Shown here one piece after another: positions 1 to 12,541 of a stretch of DNA of 64,000 bases. Numbering within the stretch: the first letter of the stretch is position 1; each line of letters opens with the position of its first letter. Source of the stretch: Paragordius varius (taxonomy: Eukaryota > Animalia > Nematomorpha); NCBI GenBank assembly GCA_964247055.1, contig OZ176053.1, forward strand, positions 3,720,001-3,784,000, given 5' to 3'. A program made the position numbers and the translations under genes. The notes under the pieces are model-generated. The model worked only from the letters and a program-made list of their open reading frames with translations, had not been told where the DNA came from and made no database searches.

Positions 1-1514
1 TATAATCTAGTCTTGATGATACCAAACCCGAAATATATTTAATGCTCATTCACTTATTTATTCATAAGAAACTGCTTTTTAACACTCATTTATATCTTTG
101 TAAATTTTTGTAATTAGCTAAATTTTTATCAAATAAATTTGTATATCACAATTTTATTTAATTAATTAGGTGTTTTTATTGCCGTTCGATTTCAAAGTAA
201 ATGTTATGATACGTTGGTTTCTGCCAAATGCATGAGAAATTTTGTTCAACTTTTTTTCATTCTATTATGATAAATCCAATTATAGGAAAACCTATTACAC
301 CAAATTAAAGTTTAACCGCGTAATAATTTAAAGGATTAATTGATTTAAATGTTTATGATCCCTGATTTTAAACTTTTTATTTAAAATCGTTGGTAAAATT
401 AAGGGAAAAACATTTTTAAAAGGGTACACATAATAAAATGTGTAATAATATATTTTTATACAAGAAATTGAATAAATGTTAAGAATGTTATATATGAATA
501 GTTAATGAAAATAGAATTAAATCCGCATTAATTAAAAGGGATTACCCTGAATCCATACAAAATGTGCCGTTCAAAATTATATTATGAAAGCACTAGCATT
601 TTGCATTCGATTTTATATACCAAACACATTATAATCCAAAATAAAAGTTTTTGGCGAAAAAAAAGAAAAACTATAAGAGAAGTTTATTTCTTTGTGAATT
701 TTATCGTTATTTAATCCTCGGTCGTCATATCTATAAAATTATGATCGGAATAAAAGCTGTTTTTCAAAAGCATATAAATTTTTGCCGGTTCAAAAACCGG
801 AACTGGGGCACATATATAATTTTCCTTTTATTTCTTTCCTCTATACATTGTAAACTTCATTTAGCATGTTTTCTTTATTAAATTAGGATAAGTTTGACGT
901 AGCGTTAATATGGTTGTATTAATTAATCTTATAATTAATAATATATGAAACCGAAAACAGAACCATTAGACTAAAAATCAATGGAAACAAAATGATAATC
1001 AAATAATTTTGGAATAATTATTTTTTAAAAACATTTGCATGGGGCTCTTTTCAAAACAAATTATAGAATCTTGTTTTACAGCATGGTTTAACAATCCGCT
1101 CAGGTACAACAAAAACTATTTTTATTATAGAAATGTTTACATATATTATTCAAATAAAATGTGTATATATTTTGCAACACAGATATATGATACACTTCTC
1201 AAATTTACGAAAATTGGAATTCAACAAAATGAATTCGGGTTAAGTCAAATACTGAAATTTAATAATCAATCAATTATAGCCTAAATGTAATATAATATAT
1301 ATTTAAAGCGTCGGATTCGTTCGATTTACCATTTTAAAGTAAAAAACTTTTTTAAAGCATAACTAGAAAATATTTCGCATCCTTAATAATCTAATCGATA
1401 AATAGTATTTTTAAGGTAAAATTTTATATAACAAATATACGTACAAGAACAAACAATTTATTAATAAAATGATATAAAAGCGACGACTAACATTACAAAA
1501 ATCATTAAGTAAAA

Positions 1515-4500
1515 TTATTTCTTGAGAGTTGATACACCTGCGGCTAACATCTCGTCCACCAACAGAATATTGCCAGCAATGACGGTACTAAAAAATAGCC
1601 ATAAAATATTATATCCAAAATAAATAATTTATATACAAAACAAATGCCAAGATTAATTTTTTAAGGCCAACAAAGTCCTATTGCCACCTCTCAGCGGTGT
1701 TAAATCATTAGTTGTACACAAGGGCATGTGTTACGTAAAAAATCGCCTCAGATAACCATAAAGGATAAATATCATAAATATAAATTAAAAGCTCCGCGTA
1801 GCCCTACCCTATTTGCATACTACTATGTTTTCATTTTTGTATTAATAATTTGTTCAACCAACATTAGTGTAAATACTAACCAGAATATTTTCATATATAT
1901 ATATATGTTTTTAAATTTTATATCTAAAATTTCTTAAAACCTAAATTGTGGGATATTAACCGTAAAAACCGGTCTAAGCGCTTATTGCAATTCACGGGCA
2001 TAACCAGTTATACCAAGGAATGGTCTTTGTAGTTTCAATATGTTTGTAATTATATACCAATTTTATAATATTATCTAATCAGGTGATAAGTGTATGTTTG
2101 ACATTTTTAACTGTTTATTTCTATAAGCGGTTACAGTAACGGTCATAAATGTATATTTCTAACCGCTCAAATCCAACCTTGTATTGGAATATATATAAAA
2201 TATAATTCTATGATTAAATAAAATACCTAGAGTACAGACTATGTTTAACGACATTGTAATTGTCCCAAATACCCATATCCGAAGGATTTATTGGTAAACC
2301 TAAATTATAACACCAAAAAAATTACATGGTTTAAAAATAAGTAAAAAACAGTAAACTATATAGTTATGAATTATAATATATAAATATAAATGATTGCAAA
2401 ACAATTCATCACCAACATTTAACAGGTAAAAATATAATTCATTAAAAAATTATATACCAGTATCCAAATCTAAACCAATGTAATATTGGCCTTTAGATTG
2501 GGAGAGTGCTTCCAAACACTTTATAAGAGTCTCTTGAATATCGAAACCCGAATTCGCTGCAAGTGTCGTCGGAATAACCAATAAAGCCTGAGCATAAAGT
2601 TCAATACCAAGCTTCACCTTTCCTAATTTAAAGGTTAAAGGTTATATATATAATTTTTATATACCATTTGCACTTCAAGAGTGCCCTTAAACATTCTTCA
2701 AGTTGGTCCTTAAAGATTTCAAGTTGTTCCTTAATTTAAGCTTTAATTTATCTATAATTTTAGATGTAATTTTTTATTTTATTATGTTTTAACCTAATTT
2801 TCCTTATTTATTATATATTATTCATTTAAAAATAAAAATTTTCATTCTAAAACCATTTTTTTGTTTCAAACATAATTTTTCCAATTCAACAAAATTATTA
2901 TTCTATGAATGTTTTAAATGAAAATTTGTAATTAATAACCTAGAAAACCTAGATATTTCTGTTAAAATCATATTAATATATAAAATATTTTTAAAAAAAA
3001 TTAATAAAAATAGACTGTTTCTGAATGATTAAAAGTTGATACTGATTTAAAGTCATTGTAAAATAAAATATAAAATAGATGAATAATACACGATTTGAAT
3101 GGTAGTTAAAAACATAAAAAAAGGCAAAGGACCAACTTGAAGTGTTCAAGGGCCAACTTGACAAAATCAAATGGTATAAATTAAATTAATTTTTTAAATT
3201 TTGCAAATCGTATATAAAGATTTTATATTATAAATTGGACATTTAAAAATTGATTTTTAATTTACCTTGAATATTGGGATCATTCGTATTTTCATCCAAC
3301 ATCTTGCGTAAAGATTGATAGCATTTAAGGTAAAATGCACCAGCGCCCGGGATAACTCCTAATTATAAGCAAAAAATATGTTTTTAAAAATGGATAATTT
3401 GCATAAAACAGACTTGTTAGAGGAAATTGTAAGGATTTTTTGGTTGATACTTCACTACTTTTAAATCCTATTTTGCATAAATTATATACTTTAATAATTC
3501 TTAATCATGTGAGAATCCAAAATAAAACAGTATAAATTTTTTATACACTCATAAACCAAATGACAAAAAAATGCAAAATATAAAAACAATATTTTTGGTT
3601 TTATTTTGATATAGAAGTTTATTTTACTGAATAAAATATGAATGTTAATATTTTAATAGTGAGTTTAGGTAGTAAATAATTAAAAAAATTTATTTTAATA
3701 TAGTTTTAAATTTATTTTGTCTTTTAAGTGTGACAAAAGAAAAACGCCATCTTTTGGCCTGAAATTTTATATACCTAAACTATATGATTTTAGGCTATTT
3801 ATATATTGAAAATATCTCCTAAAATGATAATAAACCATAATATTTCAAATTTTATCATTATTTTTTTGAATTATCCTTAATTATCCTTAATTTTCACTTT
3901 TTGCCCGATGATTTTCTCTCAATATTTCAAAAACTAGGTTGTCAACAAATAATTTTTGCGGCAAATGAATACGCTGGTCATAAGCTATCTCATGAAAAAA
4001 AGATTTTTTCGTTAAATCAAAATGACCCTCTTTTTTGCACACAGTGTATATATTACTTAATATTTAAAATACTTTTATTATTTTCTCTATAAAAAATTAA
4101 AATTTTTATTGCATATTATCATGTTAATAATGGACCAAATTTTAACAGCAAAGAAGAATGAGGAATTTTCTCGATTTCTAAATTATGTCGTCGCGTAATA
4201 TTTTACAATCAATACCAACCTTCTTCAATGGCATTTTTAACTGCACGCAATCCATCTTTGAGCGCATCTTTCGTTTGAGTCATCAAATATTTGGCTGGTC
4301 CTTTGATTACGACTGTGACAGATTTGGGATCTTTGCACTCCTCAACAAAGGTATATTTCTCTTCACCCTACATGTAACACAAAAATGTGATATTGAAACG
4401 ACAGAAAAGACCAATTACTAATATATATTTTATTTAAAATGCGCTATTCTCTTAGCCTTGATATTAAAAAAGGATTGGGAAATAAAAAAATATAAAATAA

Positions 4501-7500
4501 GTATTGAATAAAAAAAAGCAATGATTAAATACGATAGGAAATTAAAAGGTTATTAAAGATTGAGGGTTGTGTAGTAAAATTATAACAATTATAATAATGA
4601 CCAAACTATAAGTCGAAATAACTTATAGTGTACTTTTGTACTATGATATAATCTTTATTAATACGAATAAACTTTTTTCAAACGCAAACCGTGTTTTCAA
4701 CATTAATTACTGAGAATAAAACTTGTAAAAAAACTTTTAGATTACCAAAATATGTTCGTAAACTATTCCAGCATGACCCAAACAATCAGGTGTGAGATTA
4801 TCCAGGTTATTCATAGCCTTACCACCACAGGCCAAAACTAATCTATTTTTAATATATATAGTAATAATAGAAATTATGCAGACAAAACGTAAAAAGATAA
4901 GTCAAAAATTTTTCAATATCAACCATATCTCTTAAATAATTTCTATATATACCATTTAGAGTTCAAATTTACCCTTGAACAATACAAATTAACTCTTAAA
5001 CAAATTAAAATTCACCCTCGAACAATTTAAATAACCCTAAATATAAATTAATTGTTTTTTAAAATTAATTACTTATATTTTTTATATTTTTAAAAAATGA
5101 AATTTTGTTTAAAATTAAAATAATACCGAAAAAATAAACTGTGTCATTTAAATATATTTCATATAATGATGAGTTATATTAGCCCGAAAACATATAATTT
5201 ATTTTTAGGGTGAATTTGAACCAATTTACATCTCTGTTTCTTACATGGTAATTCAAAACAATGAGTAATATCTTAAAAATTTTTTAAAAACAATATTTGT
5301 CTTTGTTTTTACGTTTTGTATGTAAAATTTCAATTTTACCGAATATAATTTGTGGAAAAGATAAAACTAAAAATAAAATTTGAAACCTTTCCATATTACG
5401 TTTTTTGGCTCGTCGCAAAGCCATGATTCCTTCCTTAGCTAATAAATCTAAAGCATAAGGATCAATCCCCTATAAACAAATAAATAATATAATTAATAAT
5501 GCATAGTGTTAATTAAATATTATTTATATTGGAAAACATTTTGCTAAATAGTACGGAAAAAAAAACTAGAATTTGAAAATTACTATCTTAAATATTTTAT
5601 TTTTCGCAATTAACGTAAAAATCCTTTTTTCTAAAATAATAATATGTATAAAATAAAAAACTCTTTTACCCTAAAAAACACTTAAATGATCCAATACCAT
5701 TGTAATTTTTGTGTCGGTTTTTAATAAATTATATTTACTAATATGCTAATTATTCTACTTATTGTTTAATGATAATATAATTAATTTTTTCAAAAAAAAT
5801 GTATAAAAATACTTTTTGATTAATCACAACGAATCCTGGTTTATCTTTTTTACCATCACAAACCAATTTTTTGAGGGCAACAATTTTAGCGACCCTTTCC
5901 TCCACAAATTGATGTTCGGAAGCAACAAGATTTTCTCTGGCCGAAGCCGTATTGTAAAAAAATCCAGAATTCACTTCACTTTAATAAAAGTGAAATAGGT
6001 TTAAAGCATAAAATTAACAAAAGAAACTATTTTAAAATTTCGGGGAATCGTTTGAACAAAGAACTTAAATTTTATTACAGAACAAAAAATAAATTTTAGA
6101 ATGAAAATAACCATATTTTGTTGTCAATAATATGCACATTCAATAGGTAATTAAAACAGTGTTGATTCAATAGATAAATATTTAAAGCACATTTTGAAAA
6201 TTAAAGGCAAAAACATTTAGGTTTTTTAAACTAGTTCCAATTTTTTTACCATAAAAGTATAAAAAAAAATACGTCTTTTCATATTCCAAGCTAATATTAC
6301 ACGTCAAGATATAAGCATTAGTCACTCGTTTAGGCATATTGGGATGACGGGCTCCATGATCTAATACAAGTCCTTTCACTAATCTAATATGTAAATTCAA
6401 AATTAAAATGTGGTGTGACAACATAAATTTTTGTAAATAAGTATATTAACAAGTCATTGCCTTTTCATTTTTAGCAAACGATTACATTTCAAGATAGTTC
6501 GGTGTGCCCGAGCTTACGCGTGTAAATATACTGTTTTTAAAGTTGCTTGGTTAAAACTTAATTTCCAAACATTTTTCCTATGTATTAAAGAAAAGCTATA
6601 TTTTTTAAAACCTAACTTCTAGAGTCTAAAATTGGGAAAGCTGTAAAACCTAATGAGGAAGAGTTGTTTAAATATAATATACATCAATAACTTGGTGCTT
6701 AAATGTAACTTGCCTTTATCACGTTGATTATTTACACTTTTAAACGATAAGATATATTTATTTGCATGATGTATTAGCGTTTATTTCAAAACAGAAAAAA
6801 TGGTGCGGAAAAAGTTTTATAAGAAAGTGGTTAATTTGTTAGAATTTAAATGCCCAGTACCCCGAAATTCAATTTTTTTGTATACATTTTTTATTATGTG
6901 AGCAGTTAATATAATTTAAAATGATTCAAAATAATATATGCAAAGTAAGTTTTAGTTTTTTTACAAAATCCTACATTGTAGTAGATGGTTAAAAATAAAA
7001 AAACTTTGTTTCCGTTTCGGTTTTGTGACGCATCTCCTGAATCTCAATGCGGTGCAAATCAATGTTTTTATCCTTGTCTTGAATACAATGAATGGCATCA
7101 ACAACAATCTATATCAAAAATATTTGGTGATAAAAAAAACTTTGATCATACCCTTCTTTAGATCAATAGGATACCCTTATCTATTGTAACGCCATTTTGA
7201 TATGTTTATAATAAAAAAGGATTTGTGCTTTTTCTTACAATATATGATTGTATAAATATTTCTCAATTTTTAAATATAACTGTTTAAGTTATTTATTTTC
7301 CGCATATAAAAAAAATGTCCAGTTAAATAATACCTGCGCTAATATATCAGATATTTCTGCGGATATTTTGCTTCGAATAGAGGTTTTGGCGACATTCAAT
7401 AGGGTCATATCATCAATCTTGGTTATTTTCATTTTCTCTAAAATCTTTTTTGAGAGAAACATTGTTAAAACCGTTTAAGGGAAGCATATACAAATTTAGT

Positions 7501-7948
7501 TATTACCTCTAAACAATGTTTTTGGGCAATGTCCCAACCATCACTTAAAATTGTTGGATGTACGCCTTCCACTATATAATTTTCAGAAAGTTTAAGCAAT
7601 TCACCCACTAGTAGGACAATGGTTGTTGTTCCATCACCCATCATATCATCTTGCGCTACTGCAGCTTTAGCAATCAATGAGGCCGTGGGATGTTTAATTT
7701 GCTGTAATTAACAAAATAAAATACCATTTCATTTAACAAAACTTGCCCGTCCTTAGTTAATTTTATTTCGCCAGCACCAGATACAAGCCTAAAAATAATT
7801 AAATCACTTACAATTTTAGCGTTCCTTTAGGACCCAGGTTTCCTTTCATTACTTCCAAAAGACCTTTTGCCGCAGTGATGTTTACGGCTAATGCTCTTGA
7901 AGATTTAGCGACTTCCGAATTTGGATTTAAAACTTTTAACATAGGCAT
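1515..7948 (-). CDS. CCT6: T-complex protein 1 subunit zeta (CCT/TRiC chaperonin), 14 exons, 539 aa
   Basis: Exons: 7948-7812, 7788-7725, 7701-7507, 7444-7334, 7108-7005, 6383-6273, 5978-5813, 5469-5387, 4842-4746, 4367-4220, 3358-3266, 2622-2458, 2299-2227, 1587-1515; all GT-AG and phase-consistent, 1620 nt total. Translation shows [85 protein letters not shown] and C-terminal [23 protein letters not shown]. Confidence 0.97.
2662..3176. mobile_element. Foldback/MITE family A copy in CCT6 intron 11
   Basis: Imperfect terminal inverted repeats TACCATTT...AAATGGTA flanked by TA on both sides; subterminal ~20-nt tandem units (ttcaagttggtcctt) mirrored at the other end. Confidence 0.65.
3405..3990 (+). 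repeat. Dispersed repeat family F in CCT6 intron 10
   Basis: Aligns by eye to 36235-36760 (direct) and 35740-36225 (inverted), e.g. ataaaatatgaatgttaa-attttaatagtg-gtttag-tagtaaataat. Confidence 0.75.
4950..5345. mobile_element. Family A MITE copy in CCT6 intron 8
   Basis: Begins TACCATTT followed by caaatt(c/t)accct(t/c)gaacaat tandem units; contains gagttatattagcccgaaaaca, shared with the copies near 33395 and 49640. Confidence 0.6.
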
Positions 7949-8679
7949 GGCTAAACAAAAATGGTATATAAAAGCTACAAGCTGATTTTAAACATTGATA
8001 GAGTGGTACTCTAACTAAGGCCAACACGCAGCATGCGGCCTTATATGCCTTTTATAAGCCGAAATTATATTTAATTTTGATCTACTTATATAAATATATA
8101 TCTGTATATGTATTCCACAACCATTCAATATTTGTCGGTGCATAAGGTGATTTTGCTATTAGAAAATATTTTATTCAGTTTAAAATTTTTGGCGAGTAAA
8201 TCATTAAAAATTAAAGAAATTTTTTATAATTACATAAAAAAGAATTTAATGCAATCCTCCAAACAACTTCTTATTTCAGGCAAACAGCAAACTGCGAATG
8301 GTTTTAGAGTGCTCACAGTAATGTGTTTGACGGCTATACCTGTTATATATTAGTTATCCGACTTTATTCATATGCTGTAACAGCATATAAGAATATATTT
8401 TTTAATTAAACCAATTAGCAGATTATATCTTTATATATAGATACAAATAATAATGTACACTTTCTTTTTTAGACGATTACATTTTGGCTATTTGTAACAA
8501 GCCCAACACTGTTTTAATAGTTGTTTTGATTAAAATGATAAACATAGTTTTCTTGATAGAGATAAAAATTTTACACTTTTACTAACTTCTCTCTGATATT
8601 CGGATGATACTGATTTATTTGCTTACTGCATTAGCGGTTTATAAAAATTAAAGAAAGATAAAACGGAGAAATAGTTCAA

Positions 8680-9120
8680 CACTCCATTTCCTTTGGGTAT
8701 TTATATTGAGAGAATGAAATTTAATATCTAAAAAAGAATTTAGGGTATTAAGCCTAAAATTTTTTTAGCTTTTTAAATGCATCATAAAAAGTTTTTTTTC
8801 AAATGTAAAATTAAAAAATCATCATCTAAATCTTTTTCGCCCCCAATTTTTATATATTTTTTTAAATGGCTAATACAACCAAATAAATATATATTATGGT
8901 CAGAAAATAAATTAATTAAGCTTTCAGGCTACTTTTTACCAGCAGGAACTTGATATATTTTTATTTCAATATCAGCTGTTCGTTTCAATCGTGCTTTGGA
9001 GCTGTCCAAATTATAGAAGTCGCAAGAATGAAAAATTATATGTAATTTAATACACAAAAACAATGTATAGTTATATCAACTAAAATAACTAACAAAAAAG
9101 TAGTTTATATAGAATTAGGC
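8680..9120 (+). mobile_element. piggyBac-like MITE family B (right end not found)
   Basis: Starts CACTCCATT like the 53848 copy; body (aagctttcaggcta...atcagctgttcgtttcaatcgtg) matches 29730-29930 and 54110-54320. A more diverged copy follows at ~9190-9540. Confidence 0.6.
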
Positions 9121-10195
9121 TCTGGGATTTAGAATTTAAATCTCTCAAAAAATATTTTGGAATGGGCCAATTTAAAAATAGCCTTTTTTTACCATAAGAC
9201 GCATAAAGCATATTTTTTAAAATATGTTAAACTTCAAAAAACTTATTTTGCCGCATTTTTTTTATTTATATAAATCGTGAATATAAAAGGCTGTTAAATG
9301 TTTATTATGATTGAAAAATATAAATATTTATCTTTAACTGCTTTTATTAAAATTTACCATTTAATTTTTAATACCCCATTTTAGTCTCAGCTCTTCTTTT
9401 AAATCGTGTTTAAGTGCTATTTCTATAGAAGTTTAAAAATATTAAATTCTAACTAAGTGTTTTCTCTGATGGAGAGTAGGGTTTAATATATTTTCAGTTA
9501 AACAACTTTTAAAAGAGTAGTTTGTTTACTATTTCAAGTGGGGTGGAAATCCAAAAATTCATCGCGTACAAAAAAATTAATACAATGAAGTGTTCAAAAA
9601 TGCATATTTTACTGATGCTAAAAATTTTGACATATTACAATTTAAAAATATGTCCCGGAGTGCAAAACTGACCCAGCTATATGAAGTGTTGAAAAAGAAT
9701 TTAAAAAATAATGAAATAAAACTTTTTTTGAAAAACGTTATTTCCAAAAAAATGAAACTCAATAATAAAATAAGCATAATGGTAAACAAAAACGCCGTTT
9801 TCTATCCTAGGTTTTTAATTTTTTTAATTTTTTAATTTATGGTTATTTTAGCATGCGGCTGTTTAGTTTTTGCGTTTAGCCTTAAAAAAAGACCTTAAAT
9901 TAAATCCCAAAAAACGTTGCTATTTCCGTAAGCCAAAATAAATATTAGGTTTACCTGACTATTAATCACCAAAAATAATCGTCAAAAATCGCTAGGCGAA
10001 AATGCCTCCAGGCGAGAAGGCGAAAGCCGTGAAGTTTTTGAAAATTTTGATACAAAATACATCGGCCCTGAATTCGTCTAATTAATAAAAATATTAAATG
10101 GTGTTTTTTTAACAACAAGAATAATTAACGAATGGCTTTTAGTTCATTTATGTTTGCACAGAAAATAAATATCATGTATTATTTTGGTACTTAAG

Positions 10196-10899
10196 GAAGA
10201 CCAGGAGGTGGAGCTGACATAAGGCAAAAATGGGTGTTAAGAAATTATGCAGAAAGTCTGGTCATATATTTAAATGAAATCCATATTTTTTAATGCAAAG
10301 AATAACGGACTTTTAAAATAACTTTTAGTTTGATTTGCTTTAAAGGAACATCAGTAAAAAGTAACAAATATTATCAATCAAAGAAATCAATCAAACAATA
10401 GTTTAGACATCTCTTAAATCCAATTGATATAAACACCTAATTATAAATCAATAATTACCGAGCATTTTGTCAAGATTTTACCATTAGTTTTATTTCAATT
10501 TTATATGTTGCAATATGCAATTTACTATATTAAGTCCAGAATACCGCATGACAAAAGCGAGGCTTTGAAAAATTTAAACGTCTGGGATCATTTATTTTCA
10601 TGCCCAAATACTTGTTTATCAGTATAGGAATTCAAGATGAAAAATTTTTGACCCACTAGAAGATTATATAAAAAGATTAATATTATTTCATATATGGTGA
10701 TTTTTAAGTATCTTTTAAAAAAAATTGTGTACCGTTTATATTTTTCATTTTTATAATTATGAAACATATTTATAACCTTATTTGAATACCAGAAAAGAGA
10801 GAGGGAATGGAAAAAATCTCCAATCTGGGTCTTGCATTTAGCCCATATTTAACAATTTCATTTATTGCTCTATTCTTAATAAATAAATATATTCAATAA
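10196..10899 (+). CDS. Possible exons of an unknown gene with a hydrophobic (GPI-signal-like) C-terminus; model incomplete
   Basis: AG/GT-bounded open segments 10196-10260 (GRPGGGADIRQKWVLRNYAESL), 10535-10621 (SRIPHDKSEALKNLNVWDHLFSCPNTCLS) and 10793-10899 (KREGMEKISNLGLAFSPYLTISFIALFLINKYIQ*). The last junction is not phase-consistent without a further exon. Confidence 0.3.
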
Positions 10900-11521
10900 T
10901 ATTTACGATTCAGAACAAATATTTGTTTCAATCCCTATCCTACAAATAAATAAGCGACTTTAATTTATGTATTTCGTGCCTACAGTGGTTAGGATCAGTT
11001 TTTGATAATAAACTAAATACATTAATATATTATGTATAAACTATGAAAAATCCGGGATATAACTGTAAATATTTCAATCGCAATGACATCAAAAAAATTT
11101 AAAAAATATAGTTGAATAAAATACACACCTAAAATACTGAGTTTACATGCGTGTTCCAGATATATTTTTTGGAGGAGTTTAGTTGACTCAGAATTGTGTG
11201 GAAAGATTGAAGCAATTTTACGCAAACCTATAAATTATTTGTTATATACTTAATTTTCTGTCCTCCAATTTAAAGATTTCGAAAACTGGGTAGATTTTTT
11301 TTCAAAAAAACTTAAATATGCGTCGAAAGATTGAAGCTTTACTCAAACCTATATATTATAGAAATATCCTTCAAATAACAGAACTCAAAAATTTGGTACT
11401 CAAGTTATACCACTTTAAATGTTAACAAGACTACTAGCAGCAGACTTATGATAAATGTATGATATTTATTCAAAAATGTAAGCATAAGAGGACGTAAGTA
11501 CTTACGTACTTACTTTAACAT

Positions 11522-11610
11522 GGGTCGTTGTATCGTACTGATTCGGTAATAAGCACGAAAATAGTCAACCTGCTATTCGCAAAGGGTGCCATATATAGCC
11601 TTATGTTTTC
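11522..11610 (+). ncRNA. Degenerate hammerhead ribozyme copy (same family as 32195-32298)
   Basis: tcgta-CTGATTC-ggtaataagcac-GAAA-ata-GTC-aacctgctattcgcaaagggtgccatatatag; collinear with the 32.2 kb motif, core mutated but GTC cleavage triplet retained (11564-11566). Confidence 0.6.
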
Positions 11611-12541
11611 AGTTCAATTATCTTCTCTGTTTTATAACTCTATTATTCGGAATTTTCATGGGCTAATACAAATTAATTATTGATTAAACAATATTAATAT
11701 ATTAGTATTCATAATAAATATTCATTATACCATTTTAGTGGTTCAAAAAATATTACATTTTTTGTCCGACATGTTACCGTGTTTCAAATTAAAGATTCGT
11801 ATTTATGTCAAATATTTAACACTATTTTTCTTTTTTTATTAACTTGGCATTTTCCAATCCATTTTTCAAAGGAAGATCTTAAACTTCTGCCTTAATCATC
11901 TAATCCGTTTTTATGGTGTCTAGAAACATAAAATTTTTGTAAAAGAATTGATTGATTATAAGCTAAAATTGGGGCTGATGTTTGCATAAAAAATGGCTAT
12001 GCGACTAATTTTTTCTCACTATTATAAGTTAAACCGATATTACCAAATATTTATGCATATTAATATGGCGATAAATTTTGTAAATTTTATATATTAAAGC
12101 ATTTCAACTTTTGTCATATTCAAACAATTTTCAAGAGTCGTTTATCGAATTAAGAGATCTGCTTTAAGTAACCTAATTATAAGCATTTCATATTTTGTAT
12201 TCAAAATGCTTATTTTGCTCTTTAATTATTTTAAATATAATCAAATAGGATAAATGATAGTTGAAAGCTGAAAAGATTTTCAATAACAAACAATTTAGAA
12301 TAAAAAAGAAAATAACAAAAGGTGGTTATATTCAAATTTTGTCACTCTAATAGAATGTCAAAAAAGGATTTACCTTAAATTGTTTATATGGTTGACGCTG
12401 TTTAATTCATACATCCGATATGTAATTACAGGTATATGTTCTTTTAGAAGATAAAATTAAATAACTATATATCCCTCATTTAAACATCTACATTGATTTT
12501 AGCACCAATCAACTAGTTACAACTATATTTATGTAACATCA

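Noticed and set aside
1-110. Possible terminal exon of an upstream gene (LDDTKPEIYL...)
   Set aside because: Too short and at the window edge; no supporting motif.
4185-4421. Plus-strand ORF, and similar antisense ORFs at 5816, 7248, 13007, 13156, 15553, 21591, 48646, 49911 and 51323
   Set aside because: They are antisense shadows of real exons on the opposite strand.
7741-7750. Apparent GC-AG intron donor (GG|gcaagt) in CCT6
   Set aside because: Reading on gives DGQVLLNEM, matching the conserved CCT6 sequence; the real donor is GT at 7724.
9577-9835. Overlapping K/N/F/I-rich ORFs, also at 651, 1039, 19344, 19645, 22722, 29358, 29434, 37681, 39156, 45420 and 54898
   Set aside because: Short ORFs with AT-background composition, several inside MITEs, with no motifs or splice support.
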